From a virus (lineage: Duplodnaviria > Caudoviricetes), in IMG/VR virus record IMGVR_UViG_3300044614_001923: a stretch of 64,000 bases of DNA; one strand, given 5' to 3'. A program made the position numbers and the translations under genes. The notes below the pieces were generated by a model, which worked only from the letters and a program-made list of their open reading frames with translations, did not search any database and had not been told where the DNA came from. How positions within the stretch are numbered: the stretch's first letter is position 1; each line of letters starts with the position of its first letter. This document shows, piece by piece, positions 43,919 through 53,909 of this stretch.

Positions 43919-45385
43919 TCAGAACTTGAAGGTAGTCTGAATTACGCCACCCCAGTTGGAGGAGTTATCAGCAAGACGCTGATTGTCGCTTCCATAGATG
44001 ATAGCAGGAGTGATGCTGATGTTATCAGACACTTGATACTTATAGAAAATCTCAAGAAGAGTGGACTTCTCAAGGTTCTCTCCAGTAGGTGCTTGACCGA
44101 CAGCAATACCAGCGGTGTTACCCTTAGCAAATACATCTGCCCACTGCAGACCTGCCATCCAAGATTGACTGTTGGTAGCAGCACTTTGAGTACCACTTAC
44201 AGTGTTCCAACCATAACCAGCAGAGATGGAAGGTGCCCAACCAGACTGCTTAGGTTGCCAGTATGCGTTCACGGCATAACCGTTAGAGGTTTGACCTGGA
44301 ACAAGAGCACCAGAAGCACCGTTCAAACCGTTATAGGTGCGAACACGAGTGCCTTCAGTGCCATAACGATAACCAAATGCGATACCGTAGTTAGTACCAC
44401 GATAACCGATTTGTGCCAGAGTGTTTAGAGCGCCAGACTCATCAAACTCACCACGAGTGCTATCTTGACCTGCTTGTGCAACATAGTTGATACCAGCAAT
44501 CAGACCCTTCTTACCATACTGAATACCGAAACCAGAACCAACTGCCTTGTTATAAACACCAGGAGTACCACCTACCTGGAAGAAATCAAGGATCTTGGAT
44601 TCATATGCTGAAGGAACCCAAGCAATTTCAGTGTTACGAACAAGAGCACCAGCAGTCAGAGTTGCTTTATTATTGAAAGCAGGGAACTGATAGTAAAGAC
44701 GATCAATAACTACATTGTTACCAACTTCACTGGTGGTATTATCTGCCTTATCCAGTTTAAAGATTGAAGAACTGGAACCAAAAGGATCACCACTGAAGTT
44801 AGAAGAACGCAGACGAGTGCGAAGCAGATCCTTACCAGTGAATGAAGTATCCAGGTTCAGACGCAGATCGTAGTTAAATGCAGTACGAGTTACATCACCA
44901 CCTTTGGTTTGGTAGTCATCAACACCGCCGAGAACAAAGTTTGCTTCACCACGCAGTTTGGTAGTAGTGGAGAACTGAGTCGCTTCAAGTTCACCAACTT
45001 GTGCTTCCAGTTTATCTACACGACCACGAAGAACAGCGAGTTCTTGAGCGAATTCTGCTTGAAGACGCTTGAGTTCATCTGTAACTTCAGTTACACGGTC
45101 AAGGCAAGCATTCAGAAGTGCTGCTGCCTCATAGCGGGTCATTGCCTTACCGCCACCATAAGTACCGTTAGGATAACCAGCAACGCAACCATAACGTTCT
45201 ACGAGGTTGCTGAGTGCCTGATATGCCCAATCGGTAGGTTGAACATCAGAGAATTGGGTAACGCTTGTGACCTGCTCAGAAGAGTATTGGTTGACTGCTG
45301 CCATATTAAGATCTGCGGCATTCGCAGCAACAGGAGCAACCATTCCCAGAGCAACAGGTGCAAGCATCAGTTGTTTGAGTTTCAT
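43919..45385 (-). CDS. Cyanobacterial SLH-domain outer-membrane porin (Som/OprB family)
   Basis: Signal peptide, FSDVQPTDWAYQALSNLVERYGCVAGYP (SLH), TRYEAAALLNACLD, FSTTTKLRGE, C-terminal GVIQTTFKF. Confidence 0.92.
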   Translation of the reverse strand: MKLKQLMLAPVALGMVAPVAANAADLNMAAVNQYSSEQVTSVTQFSDVQPTDWAYQALSNLVERYGCVAGYPNGTYGGGKAMTRYEAAALLNACLDRVTEVTDELKRLQAEFAQELAVLRGRVDKLEAQVGELEATQFSTTTKLRGEANFVLGGVDDYQTKGGDVTRTAFNYDLRLNLDTSFTGKDLLRTRLRSSNFSGDPFGSSSSIFKLDKADNTTSEVGNNVVIDRLYYQFPAFNNKATLTAGALVRNTEIAWVPSAYESKILDFFQVGGTPGVYNKAVGSGFGIQYGKKGLIAGINYVAQAGQDSTRGEFDESGALNTLAQIGYRGTNYGIAFGYRYGTEGTRVRTYNGLNGASGALVPGQTSNGYAVNAYWQPKQSGWAPSISAGYGWNTVSGTQSAATNSQSWMAGLQWADVFAKGNTAGIAVGQAPTGENLEKSTLLEIFYKYQVSDNISITPAIIYGSDNQRLADNSSNWGGVIQTTFKF

Positions 45386-45446
45386 AAATTGTTTTGTTTG
45401 TACTATAGGACAAATGTTAAGAATTACAACTGAATTCTTAAGTACT

Positions 45447-45480
45447 TATTTAGTGTACCAGATAAAAAATCCCCTGTCAA
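45447..45480 (-). promoter_or_regulatory. Composite porin promoter (sigma70 plus late)
   Basis: TTGACA-N17-TACACT (45480-45452) overlapped by ACTAAATA. Confidence 0.6.
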
Positions 45481-45483
45481 GGA

Positions 45484-46290
45484 TTATTCTTGAGGTTGTT
45501 GAGACTCTTCCCTATGAGGTTCAGAGACTCTCAAGAAGTATGGATCATAATCCATTAGACTACCAATGTCAAGATTTGCTCCGTTTTGTTGCCAAAAATT
45601 AAGAAGTCCGTCATGACTTTGACGATGGAAAATATCAATATGTTCTGGGTGAATTGCAGAACCCATTTCCAAATTATAAAGGAATAGAGGAATGCAATAA
45701 CTCTTACCAGATTCAAAGATCAAATCTTCTGATACTGGTCTGGGTTTAACACCATTATCAAGTTTATATTTCTTATCTCTAATATGATTTTTAACAATTT
45801 TTTCAGCATGATGCCTTGTAATTAAATACACTGCTGCAGAAAAATCATTAACAAATCTATGATGAAGCCTTACATGAATATTGCCAGTACAAATAGTTGT
45901 TAGTTGAACACAATCCCAATCATAAGGAAGAAGATTAAAAAATTCATCCCAAGTAAATGACCAGGATTTAACTGGTTCAAAACTGACATCATCTTCCATG
46001 ATGAGAACATAATCATCATCAGTTTCTTCATAAAAATATTTGATTGCCTTAATATGACTCATTACACACCCGACTTCGTTCTGAGACATATTATCAGGAA
46101 TTCTTCCTTTCAGATAAGTAGAAACATCATCGTCTCTACCATCGTATCCTTGAATTCTTTCATGGTTCTCAATTCCCCAATTCTTAAATTGAGACTCCAT
46201 GTACTCTCTTCGGTGAGTATCATTTTCAAGATTTAACCACAAAATTTTAGGAAGACCTTCAAGTTTGAAGATTGATTTGTTTTTATCCAT
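45484..46290 (-). CDS. Glycosyltransferase family 25
   Basis: WLNLE..THRR..M...RIQGYDG...EVGCVMSHIKA...ILIMEDD. Confidence 0.8.
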   Translation of the reverse strand: MDKNKSIFKLEGLPKILWLNLENDTHRREYMESQFKNWGIENHERIQGYDGRDDDVSTYLKGRIPDNMSQNEVGCVMSHIKAIKYFYEETDDDYVLIMEDDVSFEPVKSWSFTWDEFFNLLPYDWDCVQLTTICTGNIHVRLHHRFVNDFSAAVYLITRHHAEKIVKNHIRDKKYKLDNGVKPRPVSEDLIFESGKSYCIPLFLYNLEMGSAIHPEHIDIFHRQSHDGLLNFWQQNGANLDIGSLMDYDPYFLRVSEPHREESQQPQE

Positions 46291-46948
46291 GATTAATTAT
46301 TGTTCCGTTTGGGTTGTAATCGTAAATAGGGTTATCGTTTTGGTCATATCCTTGACCGATAAAATCATACTGAATTTTTTCTCTGGATTCTTTCATCCAT
46401 TCAACTTCTTCAAATCCATGAATCAAAGAATCATTTTCTGCAATTGGCCAAATCTCTTGAGCAAGATAAATTTGGTCAGATGTATAAAAATGTTGTTTTG
46501 AATATTCAATCATAACATCTTGCTGAGATTCAGTCAGCATACCTTTCATTCCCCACATTCCAGCAAGGATAGGCCAATCATAATGTCTTTCATGATCTCT
46601 AATTATAGAAAATTTCTTATCAGATGTCAACCATTCATTAACTGCTCTCACTTCTCTTTCAGAAATACGAGAATCAGAATCTCTTGATATTGTTACATTA
46701 TCTTCACTTTCAAACATAGAATAGAATCTCCAAAAAGCACCAAAGACTCCATCATCATCAACTTCAGCAACTTCAACATTATCCATATCATGAAGTTGTT
46801 TTGCGTATTTGAAGGGAACGCTTCCATCAAGGAATATTCTACATTTCCAATCTGGCATTAGTTCTTTAGCAATTTCAGCATTTCTAATTGCGCCAATACA
46901 ATATCTGGGACTAGATCCCCATACGCTGATTGATATGATTTTGTTCAT
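46283..46948 (-). CDS. Putative glycosyltransferase-like protein
   Basis: KIISISVWG..PRY..GA..N...FWRF......ISRDSDSR.S.RE...WL...DQ.YL. Confidence 0.55.
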   Translation of the reverse strand: MNKIISISVWGSSPRYCIGAIRNAEIAKELMPDWKCRIFLDGSVPFKYAKQLHDMDNVEVAEVDDDGVFGAFWRFYSMFESEDNVTISRDSDSRISEREVRAVNEWLTSDKKFSIIRDHERHYDWPILAGMWGMKGMLTESQQDVMIEYSKQHFYTSDQIYLAQEIWPIAENDSLIHGFEEVEWMKESREKIQYDFIGQGYDQNDNPIYDYNPNGTIINHG

Positions 46949-47892
46949 ACTGGGTTCTTCCTATACTCTTCGTAAATTTCATTTGCAGAGTATGGAACAA
47001 TATTCTTTGGAGAAATTGGAGCATACTTACAAACAATCTCATGATATTTCTCAAAACACTTTTCTGGAGTGTGATTCTGATAATATGCATCATAAGACTT
47101 TTGAGCAATATCCTTGTATCTATCATTTTCTAATTGATAGATAATTTTTTCTTCTAAATCTGAGTGATCTATATTAATACAAATGTATTCATCATATGGC
47201 ATAAAATCAGATTTGACACTGTGCAATTTAAGTTCTGGTTGAATAGTACAGACTTTTGCACTAGCAAGTTCCCAAATTCTCCAACTATCATAAGAATTTC
47301 CTGGATAATTTAGACCAATCTTTGTTTTATTGACAACATACAAATATTCTTGAGGTGTTCTCACTGGTTGATAACGAATAAACCAACGTAGGTGAGAAAG
47401 TTTATTCTGAGATAAATCTACTATCCTATTAATAAAAGATTGTCTTCTAGGATTACTCGGAGTACCTAAGAAAATAACATCAAATTGTTTATTTTCACTT
47501 TGCAATTTTTCATCATAAACAGAAGGAATTGCAAAGTGATTGGGATAAATGGGGCAATTATATGGGTTAACTGTATCAGAAGTAAGTTCTCTCTGCATAA
47601 TTAGATCAGGAGATCTATTATAATACCTCTGAACATGCTCATTATCAGTATCATCATGCTGAATAATAAATGAGTTCTTACAATACTTTTCTAAGATATC
47701 GTTGATAATAGGAACTGTCCACCCAATACTTAGATAAAGAACTACAACCTTATATTCATTTTCTACAACAAAGTCAATAATATTTCTTTCATCTACAAAG
47801 TCACAAGTATATCCACACTTCTCAAAGCATTTGAAAATATAACTTGAGTTAGGAACCCACGAGTGGTTAAAAAATAGAAAATCTTTAATCAT
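46945..47892 (-). CDS. Putative GT-B glycosyltransferase (GT1-like C-terminus)
   Basis: DVIFLGTPSN.RR...TKIGLNYPGNSYDSWRIWELASAK. Confidence 0.55.
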   Translation of the reverse strand: MIKDFLFFNHSWVPNSSYIFKCFEKCGYTCDFVDERNIIDFVVENEYKVVVLYLSIGWTVPIINDILEKYCKNSFIIQHDDTDNEHVQRYYNRSPDLIMQRELTSDTVNPYNCPIYPNHFAIPSVYDEKLQSENKQFDVIFLGTPSNPRRQSFINRIVDLSQNKLSHLRWFIRYQPVRTPQEYLYVVNKTKIGLNYPGNSYDSWRIWELASAKVCTIQPELKLHSVKSDFMPYDEYICINIDHSDLEEKIIYQLENDRYKDIAQKSYDAYYQNHTPEKCFEKYHEIVCKYAPISPKNIVPYSANEIYEEYRKNPV

Positions 47893-48578
47893 TTTATTAT
47901 AGTGTATTGGATTGAAGAATCAACATAAGTTTTTACTGGAGTTTTATATTCTTCCATATAAAACTGTAGCATATTCACCGCATGGGAAATATCAATATTA
48001 TGCGTAAGATACATGTCATGAAAAGAATCAAACATACTACAATATTTTTTCATGGAATCATAGTTTCCATAAGCAAAATGATCTGAATACGACCAACCAC
48101 CAATATCTTTTGGGATAACGAAATTTTGGTCTTTAATTTCAATATCGATTAAATCAACATCGAATCTCAATCTCATAATTAAATCATATTGACTTGGATT
48201 ATGGATCATAGAAAAAGCATACTTAACAATATGCCATTGATCTCTTAATCTTTCAACCCAAAATGAACCGTGCTCAATTGCTCTAGGATCAACTTTAAAT
48301 ACATCATCTGGACGATCTAAAAATTTAATATTTTCAAATCTATTTTGAACATACTTCTCATAATCAAGAAATATATATGAGGATAATTTTCCAGCATATG
48401 TACTCAGAACGTCAGAGGTATCTACGCCTATAGTAGGTTGACCACTCTTTAATTGACACCTATCCCAACTACAAATATAAGTATCAACATCATGTATATC
48501 TAAAATATTTTTTTTTAGATTTAGATAGGTTCTTCCATAAGTTCTAGGAAATCCTGTCATCAGTAAAGCTATTTTCAT
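47889..48578 (-). CDS. Glycan-island protein (putative sugar transferase)
   Basis: MKIALLMTGFPRT...YDLIMRLRFD...SDHFAYG; pattern common in polysaccharide loci. Confidence 0.5.
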   Translation of the reverse strand: MKIALLMTGFPRTYGRTYLNLKKNILDIHDVDTYICSWDRCQLKSGQPTIGVDTSDVLSTYAGKLSSYIFLDYEKYVQNRFENIKFLDRPDDVFKVDPRAIEHGSFWVERLRDQWHIVKYAFSMIHNPSQYDLIMRLRFDVDLIDIEIKDQNFVIPKDIGGWSYSDHFAYGNYDSMKKYCSMFDSFHDMYLTHNIDISHAVNMLQFYMEEYKTPVKTYVDSSIQYTIIK

Positions 48579-49354
48579 TGATTCACAGATTCATAGAGAT
48601 TTGCATAGGTTTCTTCATCCAAATAACAGGGACAATACTCAGGTTGAAATTCCCAATTCTTGTTGACTGCTTTCATTGTACTCTTAGTATCAAGAACAAT
48701 AAAATTATTAACTATTGCTTCCCACGCAAATTCATTAATATTTGAAGAATCGTAGATATTAATCATATCTCCAAACTTATTTTTAAGCACAGATAAAAAC
48801 CAAAGAGTTTCTGTACATGTCAAATTATTTAATTTTGATTCATCTAATGTTAATACGCTTTCAATAACATTAGACCATTTGAATACGTCATTTCTATATC
48901 CAACTTGAACCCAATCACATACTCTAAAGCAATTTGGATATTCATCAGAGTCTGGTCTAATAGTCATCATATTAGACACAACCAATTTATTTTTAAAAAC
49001 CTTTAGGTCATCAGTAGAATTTGGATACAAATCAACATACTGAAAAAGATCATTCTTATGAATCATATCGGAACGTGTGACCATTACTAGTTCACCTTCT
49101 GAAAATTCTAATCCTTTTTGATAAGAAAGAACTTGCCTCTTCCAATGTTGTATTGGTCCAGGACCAGGATCGGGAGTTAATACAACCTTATCAATTTGTA
49201 GACTTTTATCAATGTATTTTTCTTGACCTTCCCATGTGGAAATTATAAGTTCATCAGAGAACCAAGATCTAATAGATTCAACAACTTCATTAATAAAGTT
49301 TTGAGGATGTTTATCATATAAAACAGATCCTCTAATAATTACGCTTTTTTTCAT
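48575..49354 (-). CDS. WavE-like LPS synthesis protein
   Basis: SVIIRG...ELIISTW...DPG...RQVLS...GL......TRSD...DWVQVG. Confidence 0.55.
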   Translation of the reverse strand: MKKSVIIRGSVLYDKHPQNFINEVVESIRSWFSDELIISTWEGQEKYIDKSLQIDKVVLTPDPGPGPIQHWKRQVLSYQKGLEFSEGELVMVTRSDMIHKNDLFQYVDLYPNSTDDLKVFKNKLVVSNMMTIRPDSDEYPNCFRVCDWVQVGYRNDVFKWSNVIESVLTLDESKLNNLTCTETLWFLSVLKNKFGDMINIYDSSNINEFAWEAIVNNFIVLDTKSTMKAVNKNWEFQPEYCPCYLDEETYANLYESVNQ

Positions 49355-49812
49355 TTTAGTCTAGAAATAAAATCGCTACAAACTCCAAAACAATTATAAA
49401 CTCTCAAAGAATCAAAATCTTGTTCTAATTTCCATTCTGGCATCACAATAACAGACTTAGACGTATATGATTTTCCAGGATAAGTCCAAATATAATTTTT
49501 ACTAGTAAGTGTAAAATCGTCTTGTTGATGCCAAAAATAATTGTATCCGCCAGTTTTTGATACAAAGTGATAAAGTGCTTCAATATTTTTACAATGAATC
49601 CACAATTTATCCATACGTTTTGCTAACCAATATGAGGTAACAACATATTGAGGATCATCATGTCCAAGATAAAATCTATCATCAACTATATCATAGCGAA
49701 TATCAATCTCAACATCATATCCCAACTCTATCGCAGTGTCAATATATTCGGGTCTGTTTTCTTCTAATGAATTAGGACCTTCAATATTTCCCCTATGAGC
49801 AATTAGTCTCAC
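49351..49812 (-). CDS. PLC/GDPD-like phosphodiesterase (short)
   Basis: IAHRGN...EN.......GYDVEIDI...LGHD...LWIHCKN. Confidence 0.65.
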   Translation of the reverse strand: MRLIAHRGNIEGPNSLEENRPEYIDTAIELGYDVEIDIRYDIVDDRFYLGHDDPQYVVTSYWLAKRMDKLWIHCKNIEALYHFVSKTGGYNYFWHQQDDFTLTSKNYIWTYPGKSYTSKSVIVMPEWKLEQDFDSLRVYNCFGVCSDFISRLK

Positions 49813-50522
49813 AATAGATCACTCCTTACATAAATTGTGTTACCTTCACAATCACTTCCATTGTATTCAAAGGAATCAGTAATTTCAACAAAACCTGCTT
49901 CTTTTCTTAGGAAATGATCAATATCAACTTTAAGTGCTTGACCTTCATAATAAGGCTTTAGTCCAACTTCAGTAAAAATGCACTTAACATCTTTAAGAGT
50001 TTCCTTTGCTCCCTCAAAAACATCAAGTTCAGCACCTTGAACATCAATCCAAATAATATCAACCTTGTCAATATTATTTTCAACGCGCCACAAATCTAGT
50101 GTGGTAGCATCTACTTTGATTTCTTTTTGTTTCCAAGATTTATCAAAATATTCTTCAGTAAGACCTTTCATGAATTTATACTTTGAAGAAGCACCAGGAT
50201 TTTCATCAATCACTGGATAAAAATTAATTTTTCCAGGTACATCATTTAGAGCAATATTGTATAGACTCAAATTCTTTTTAAAATATCCACTGAGTCTAGA
50301 ATAAACTTCTTCGCAGTTTTTATAATTTTCTGGATTTGGTTCAAAAGCATGAACCTTTGCATCTGGAAGCAGTTCCATAAATTCAATGCTTTGCCCCAAA
50401 TGCCAACTACCAATATCACAAATAGTTTCTATAGAGTCCCAGTCAATAATATCAACTACGTACTCCATTCTATTTGCAACAATAGTATGTGTGTTTAAAA
50501 TAAGTTCTTTAACTGAATTCAT
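49809..50522 (-). CDS. FkbM-family methyltransferase
   Basis: DIGS..GQS...AFEPNP...IDVQGAELDVFEGA...FTEV. Confidence 0.8.
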   Translation of the reverse strand: MNSVKELILNTHTIVANRMEYVVDIIDWDSIETICDIGSWHLGQSIEFMELLPDAKVHAFEPNPENYKNCEEVYSRLSGYFKKNLSLYNIALNDVPGKINFYPVIDENPGASSKYKFMKGLTEEYFDKSWKQKEIKVDATTLDLWRVENNIDKVDIIWIDVQGAELDVFEGAKETLKDVKCIFTEVGLKPYYEGQALKVDIDHFLRKEAGFVEITDSFEYNGSDCEGNTIYVRSDLL

Positions 50523-51109
50523 TTTTCTCCTCTAAAAACATCATTTCTAATACAAACTCTATCTCCTTCTCCGTGAATACATTGAGCAACAACATATTTT
50601 TGAGATCTAAGAAACTTTTGTAGAGATTTATTATCTAAAATATGGGGATATTCGTACCTAATAACTTTAGGTCGAATATTTGTATTATTAAAAAGTTGTG
50701 AAATTATTACATCTTCCACACCTTCAACATCTAAAAATAAAGCATCAATATTTTCTATCGAATTTTCATTTAAAAACGAATGAAATGTTTGCGTTTTAAC
50801 TTTTATAGATTGGCAATCTTCATGTCTAACAAAACTACTTTCTGTTCCATGCAAATAAAAATCACATTCTCCATCCTTATCATAAATTGCTAAGTTATAA
50901 AAATTAATGTCATTTATAGAAGACTTATAATTTTCTTTGAGTTTTTCAAAAACATCTGGCAATGGTTCTACCAAATGACATTCATGCTTAGCACTCATTA
51001 TGATTTCACGTAATCCATAATGTTCCTCACATTCAACTCCGTCATATGCACCAACTTGCACAATAACATCATTTTCACCAATATACTTATGATAATCTAA
51101 AATAATCAT
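50519..51109 (-). CDS. FkbM-family methyltransferase
   Basis: VQVGAYDG...VEPLP..F..L...LDVEGVED.I...PKVIRYE. Confidence 0.78.
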   Translation of the reverse strand: MIILDYHKYIGENDVIVQVGAYDGVECEEHYGLREIIMSAKHECHLVEPLPDVFEKLKENYKSSINDINFYNLAIYDKDGECDFYLHGTESSFVRHEDCQSIKVKTQTFHSFLNENSIENIDALFLDVEGVEDVIISQLFNNTNIRPKVIRYEYPHILDNKSLQKFLRSQKYVVAQCIHGEGDRVCIRNDVFRGEK

Positions 51110-51444
51110 TAGGATTTCTTTTTTTCTAAAACAATTTTATCATTAGTAATTCCAGGAAGTTTAACACAAACAATTTCACAATCTTCCAAAAAGTTTGGAT
51201 CGGCAATTTCAAAAGGATTCAATACAAAAATATCACCAGACACAAGTTTTTTTCCTTGGAGTATCATTTCTCCACGTACAAGAAGATTTACCTCTGTAAC
51301 ATGTTCATGATAATGAAGATCCCAAATTTCACCCTTTGGATGCTTTTTATAAGATACTTCTACATTTTCAGTTGTAAATGCTGTTGGGGAAAAATTACCA
51401 ACAAACCATCCACCAATCATTTCCTCCAGTCTATATAGGTTCAT
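51109..51444 (-). CDS. Cupin-fold protein
   Basis: GGWFVGNF.P...HYHEHVTEVNLLVRG.M...GDIFVL.P.E. Confidence 0.65.
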   Translation of the reverse strand: MNLYRLEEMIGGWFVGNFSPTAFTTENVEVSYKKHPKGEIWDLHYHEHVTEVNLLVRGEMILQGKKLVSGDIFVLNPFEIADPNFLEDCEIVCVKLPGITNDKIVLEKKKS

Positions 51445-52541
51445 AAATCATACTCCTCCCAATCAATACTATCAAATCCACTGTCAGTAATCAAGTTAAC
51501 ACAGATTGCACGATTTTTATCAGCATCTCTCAATTTATCATTGATTAAAACTCTCACACCACTACTAACTCCCATAATTAAATGATCCCAACAAATTCCT
51601 AAAGAATGAAGATGTGCTTCTGTCATTTCTCTTGCAGATTCTTTTCTAGCAGTTGTTAGAATAATCTTATATCCCTTAGAGTCCCATTCATTAAATTTAG
51701 CATTTACTCCAGGCAATAACTCTGGATCAATTTTATTAAGATCACTGAATTTATGACAATGCTTTAACACTGTACCATCTAAATCGCAAAAAATAGTTTT
51801 AGGTTTCTCAGTGTAAAACTCCTTCAACTTTCCCATATAAATGGAAACGTCTTCTGGAGTTCCTAGTGGAATATATGAGTTTTTGGGAATAAAGAAAGGA
51901 ATGATACTTTTACCTTTTTCAATAAGATAATTATAAGTTTCAGAAATATAACATTCTGGTAATCCAGTTACTCTAAAATGAGTCAGAAGATTTTCTGAAG
52001 ATTCTACAAAATCTTTTCCGCGTTTCCAATAATGAATTCCCACAAGAGCATTATCACTTATTGGTTTCTTTTCTACAATATTTGTTACTGCCCCATTCGT
52101 AATCTCAGCAAAACTATTTTTGGGATCTTTAGACTTAAACAAGACAATAGCACCATCAACTGCAAGCGGAGACACAGATTCTATAAAAGAATTTGCATCC
52201 CAATTCATTAATTGATCGCAGTTAGTGATAATTAATTCTTCATCATTATCAATATATTCTTTTGCATATAAACAAGTTTCACTACATCCACTTGTAACTT
52301 TATCAATTTGAATTTCAACAGATGAGGGATCCAGTTTCTTCAATATAGAACTTAATCTTGAATTATATTCAGGATCATCGTACTTTCTAGTAATAAAAAT
52401 ATATCTACCAGAAATTCCCAAAGACTCTACTGAGTGTTCAATAAGAGTCTTTCCATTTACTTCAATTAAAGGTTTAGGAGTCTTGATTCCATTCTTGGAA
52501 AATCTACTTCCAAGACCTGCCATAGGAATAATAATGTTCAT
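51441..52541 (-). CDS. Sugar nucleotidyltransferase with C-terminal HAD-like domain
   Basis: IIIPMAGLGSRF...KPLIEV..K...NCDQ...LGTPED, then IFCDLDGT; start set at MNIII (ATGA overlap). Confidence 0.78.
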   Translation of the reverse strand: MNIIIPMAGLGSRFSKNGIKTPKPLIEVNGKTLIEHSVESLGISGRYIFITRKYDDPEYNSRLSSILKKLDPSSVEIQIDKVTSGCSETCLYAKEYIDNDEELIITNCDQLMNWDANSFIESVSPLAVDGAIVLFKSKDPKNSFAEITNGAVTNIVEKKPISDNALVGIHYWKRGKDFVESSENLLTHFRVTGLPECYISETYNYLIEKGKSIIPFFIPKNSYIPLGTPEDVSIYMGKLKEFYTEKPKTIFCDLDGTVLKHCHKFSDLNKIDPELLPGVNAKFNEWDSKGYKIILTTARKESAREMTEAHLHSLGICWDHLIMGVSSGVRVLINDKLRDADKNRAICVNLITDSGFDSIDWEEYDL

Positions 52542-53908
52542 GGTTGATAGTGCTCCAAGAAATAATTCAAGTCTTCTGGGGTTCCAATACCCCACATTTT
52601 TTTAATATCTTTGATACGGATTTTCTTCCCATCTTGAATTGCTTCATTATAGACTGGGCAAACATAAAATTCATTATTAACACGAATATTTTTTTCAATC
52701 ATTTGCTCAGCATATTTTACATAATCAGATCCTTTTGTCCAGAAGTAGACACCAACAGTAGCATTGTCACTGATTGGTTTCTTCTCAGCAACTTCAGATA
52801 CAAACCCATCGTCCCCAATTTTAGCATATGACCACTTAGGGTGAGTAGATTTAAAAGTTAAAATTCCACCATCGACACCATCAGCATTAAATGCATAGAG
52901 ACACTCATTACTACTCCATTCTACAAATTGATCAGAGTTTGCCATCAACAGCGGATAATCATTATTGATATACTCTTTTGCAAGAAGTGTAGTACATGCC
53001 GCACCTTCCGTAAGACCATCAACTTGAACAATAGTACAATTTGGAGCAATTAGATTCAGAAGATATTGAAGACTGTATTTCTCATAATGATCTTTCTGAA
53101 CAATGAAAATATAATTTGCTTCAATGTTTAGATTCTCAACCACCACTTGAATCATAGGTTTTCCATCAACCTCAATAAGGGGTTTAGGAAATGTATATCC
53201 AGCATTTGCAAATCTACTACCTGCTCCAGCCATAGGAATCAGAACATTCATCTTATCAGATTTCCAAGGAACAACAGTTAATTTCTTGGAGGCAAATGTC
53301 TTGAAAACTATATTCATTTTATCTTGATTTAAGTCATCTCTATTTTCAATTGCAATAAGAGTTGCTCCACTATCCAGAGCACCTTGTCTTCCGATATGAC
53401 TATCTTCAAAAATTATAGTATCTTTAGGAAGTGCATTACATGCGGTCATGCATTTCCAATACATTTCGGGAAAAGGTTTATTTCTAGTTACATCTTCATT
53501 ACTGACATAGTAATCAATAAACTCAAGAATACCAAGTTTTAAAAGAACCAATTTTACAGTATTTCTAATACTATTAGATGCAACTGCAACTTGATAACCT
53601 CTCTGTTTAAGTTGCTGAAAATAATGCATTAACTCATAATCATGTTCCAATTCAGAAAAGATTTCAAGAGTTGCTTTTTGCTTATCTTCCCAAATTTGCT
53701 GATGTTTATCTACTGGAAGACCTTTTCTTTCAGTAAGCATTGCAAGTTTTCTGGACGTAGGAAGTCCATCATAAAGACTTAGATGTTCTTCTCTATTGAT
53801 AATATAATCCCAAGAAACTCTTTCTAAAGCACGGTTGAGTGCTTCATAGTGCATTTCTCTACTGTCAATCAAGACGCCATCAAGATCAAAAATTACTAGA
53901 TTATTCAT
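52538..53908 (-). CDS. HAD phosphatase fused to a sugar nucleotidyltransferase
   Basis: IFDLDGVL...ASNS...NKPFPEMY..IFEDS, then VLIPMAGAGSRF..GY.FPKPLI...NSDQ...GIGTPEDL. Confidence 0.8.
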   Translation of the reverse strand: MNNLVIFDLDGVLIDSREMHYEALNRALERVSWDYIINREEHLSLYDGLPTSRKLAMLTERKGLPVDKHQQIWEDKQKATLEIFSELEHDYELMHYFQQLKQRGYQVAVASNSIRNTVKLVLLKLGILEFIDYYVSNEDVTRNKPFPEMYWKCMTACNALPKDTIIFEDSHIGRQGALDSGATLIAIENRDDLNQDKMNIVFKTFASKKLTVVPWKSDKMNVLIPMAGAGSRFANAGYTFPKPLIEVDGKPMIQVVVENLNIEANYIFIVQKDHYEKYSLQYLLNLIAPNCTIVQVDGLTEGAACTTLLAKEYINNDYPLLMANSDQFVEWSSNECLYAFNADGVDGGILTFKSTHPKWSYAKIGDDGFVSEVAEKKPISDNATVGVYFWTKGSDYVKYAEQMIEKNIRVNNEFYVCPVYNEAIQDGKKIRIKDIKKMWGIGTPEDLNYFLEHYQP

Positions 53909-53909
53909 A

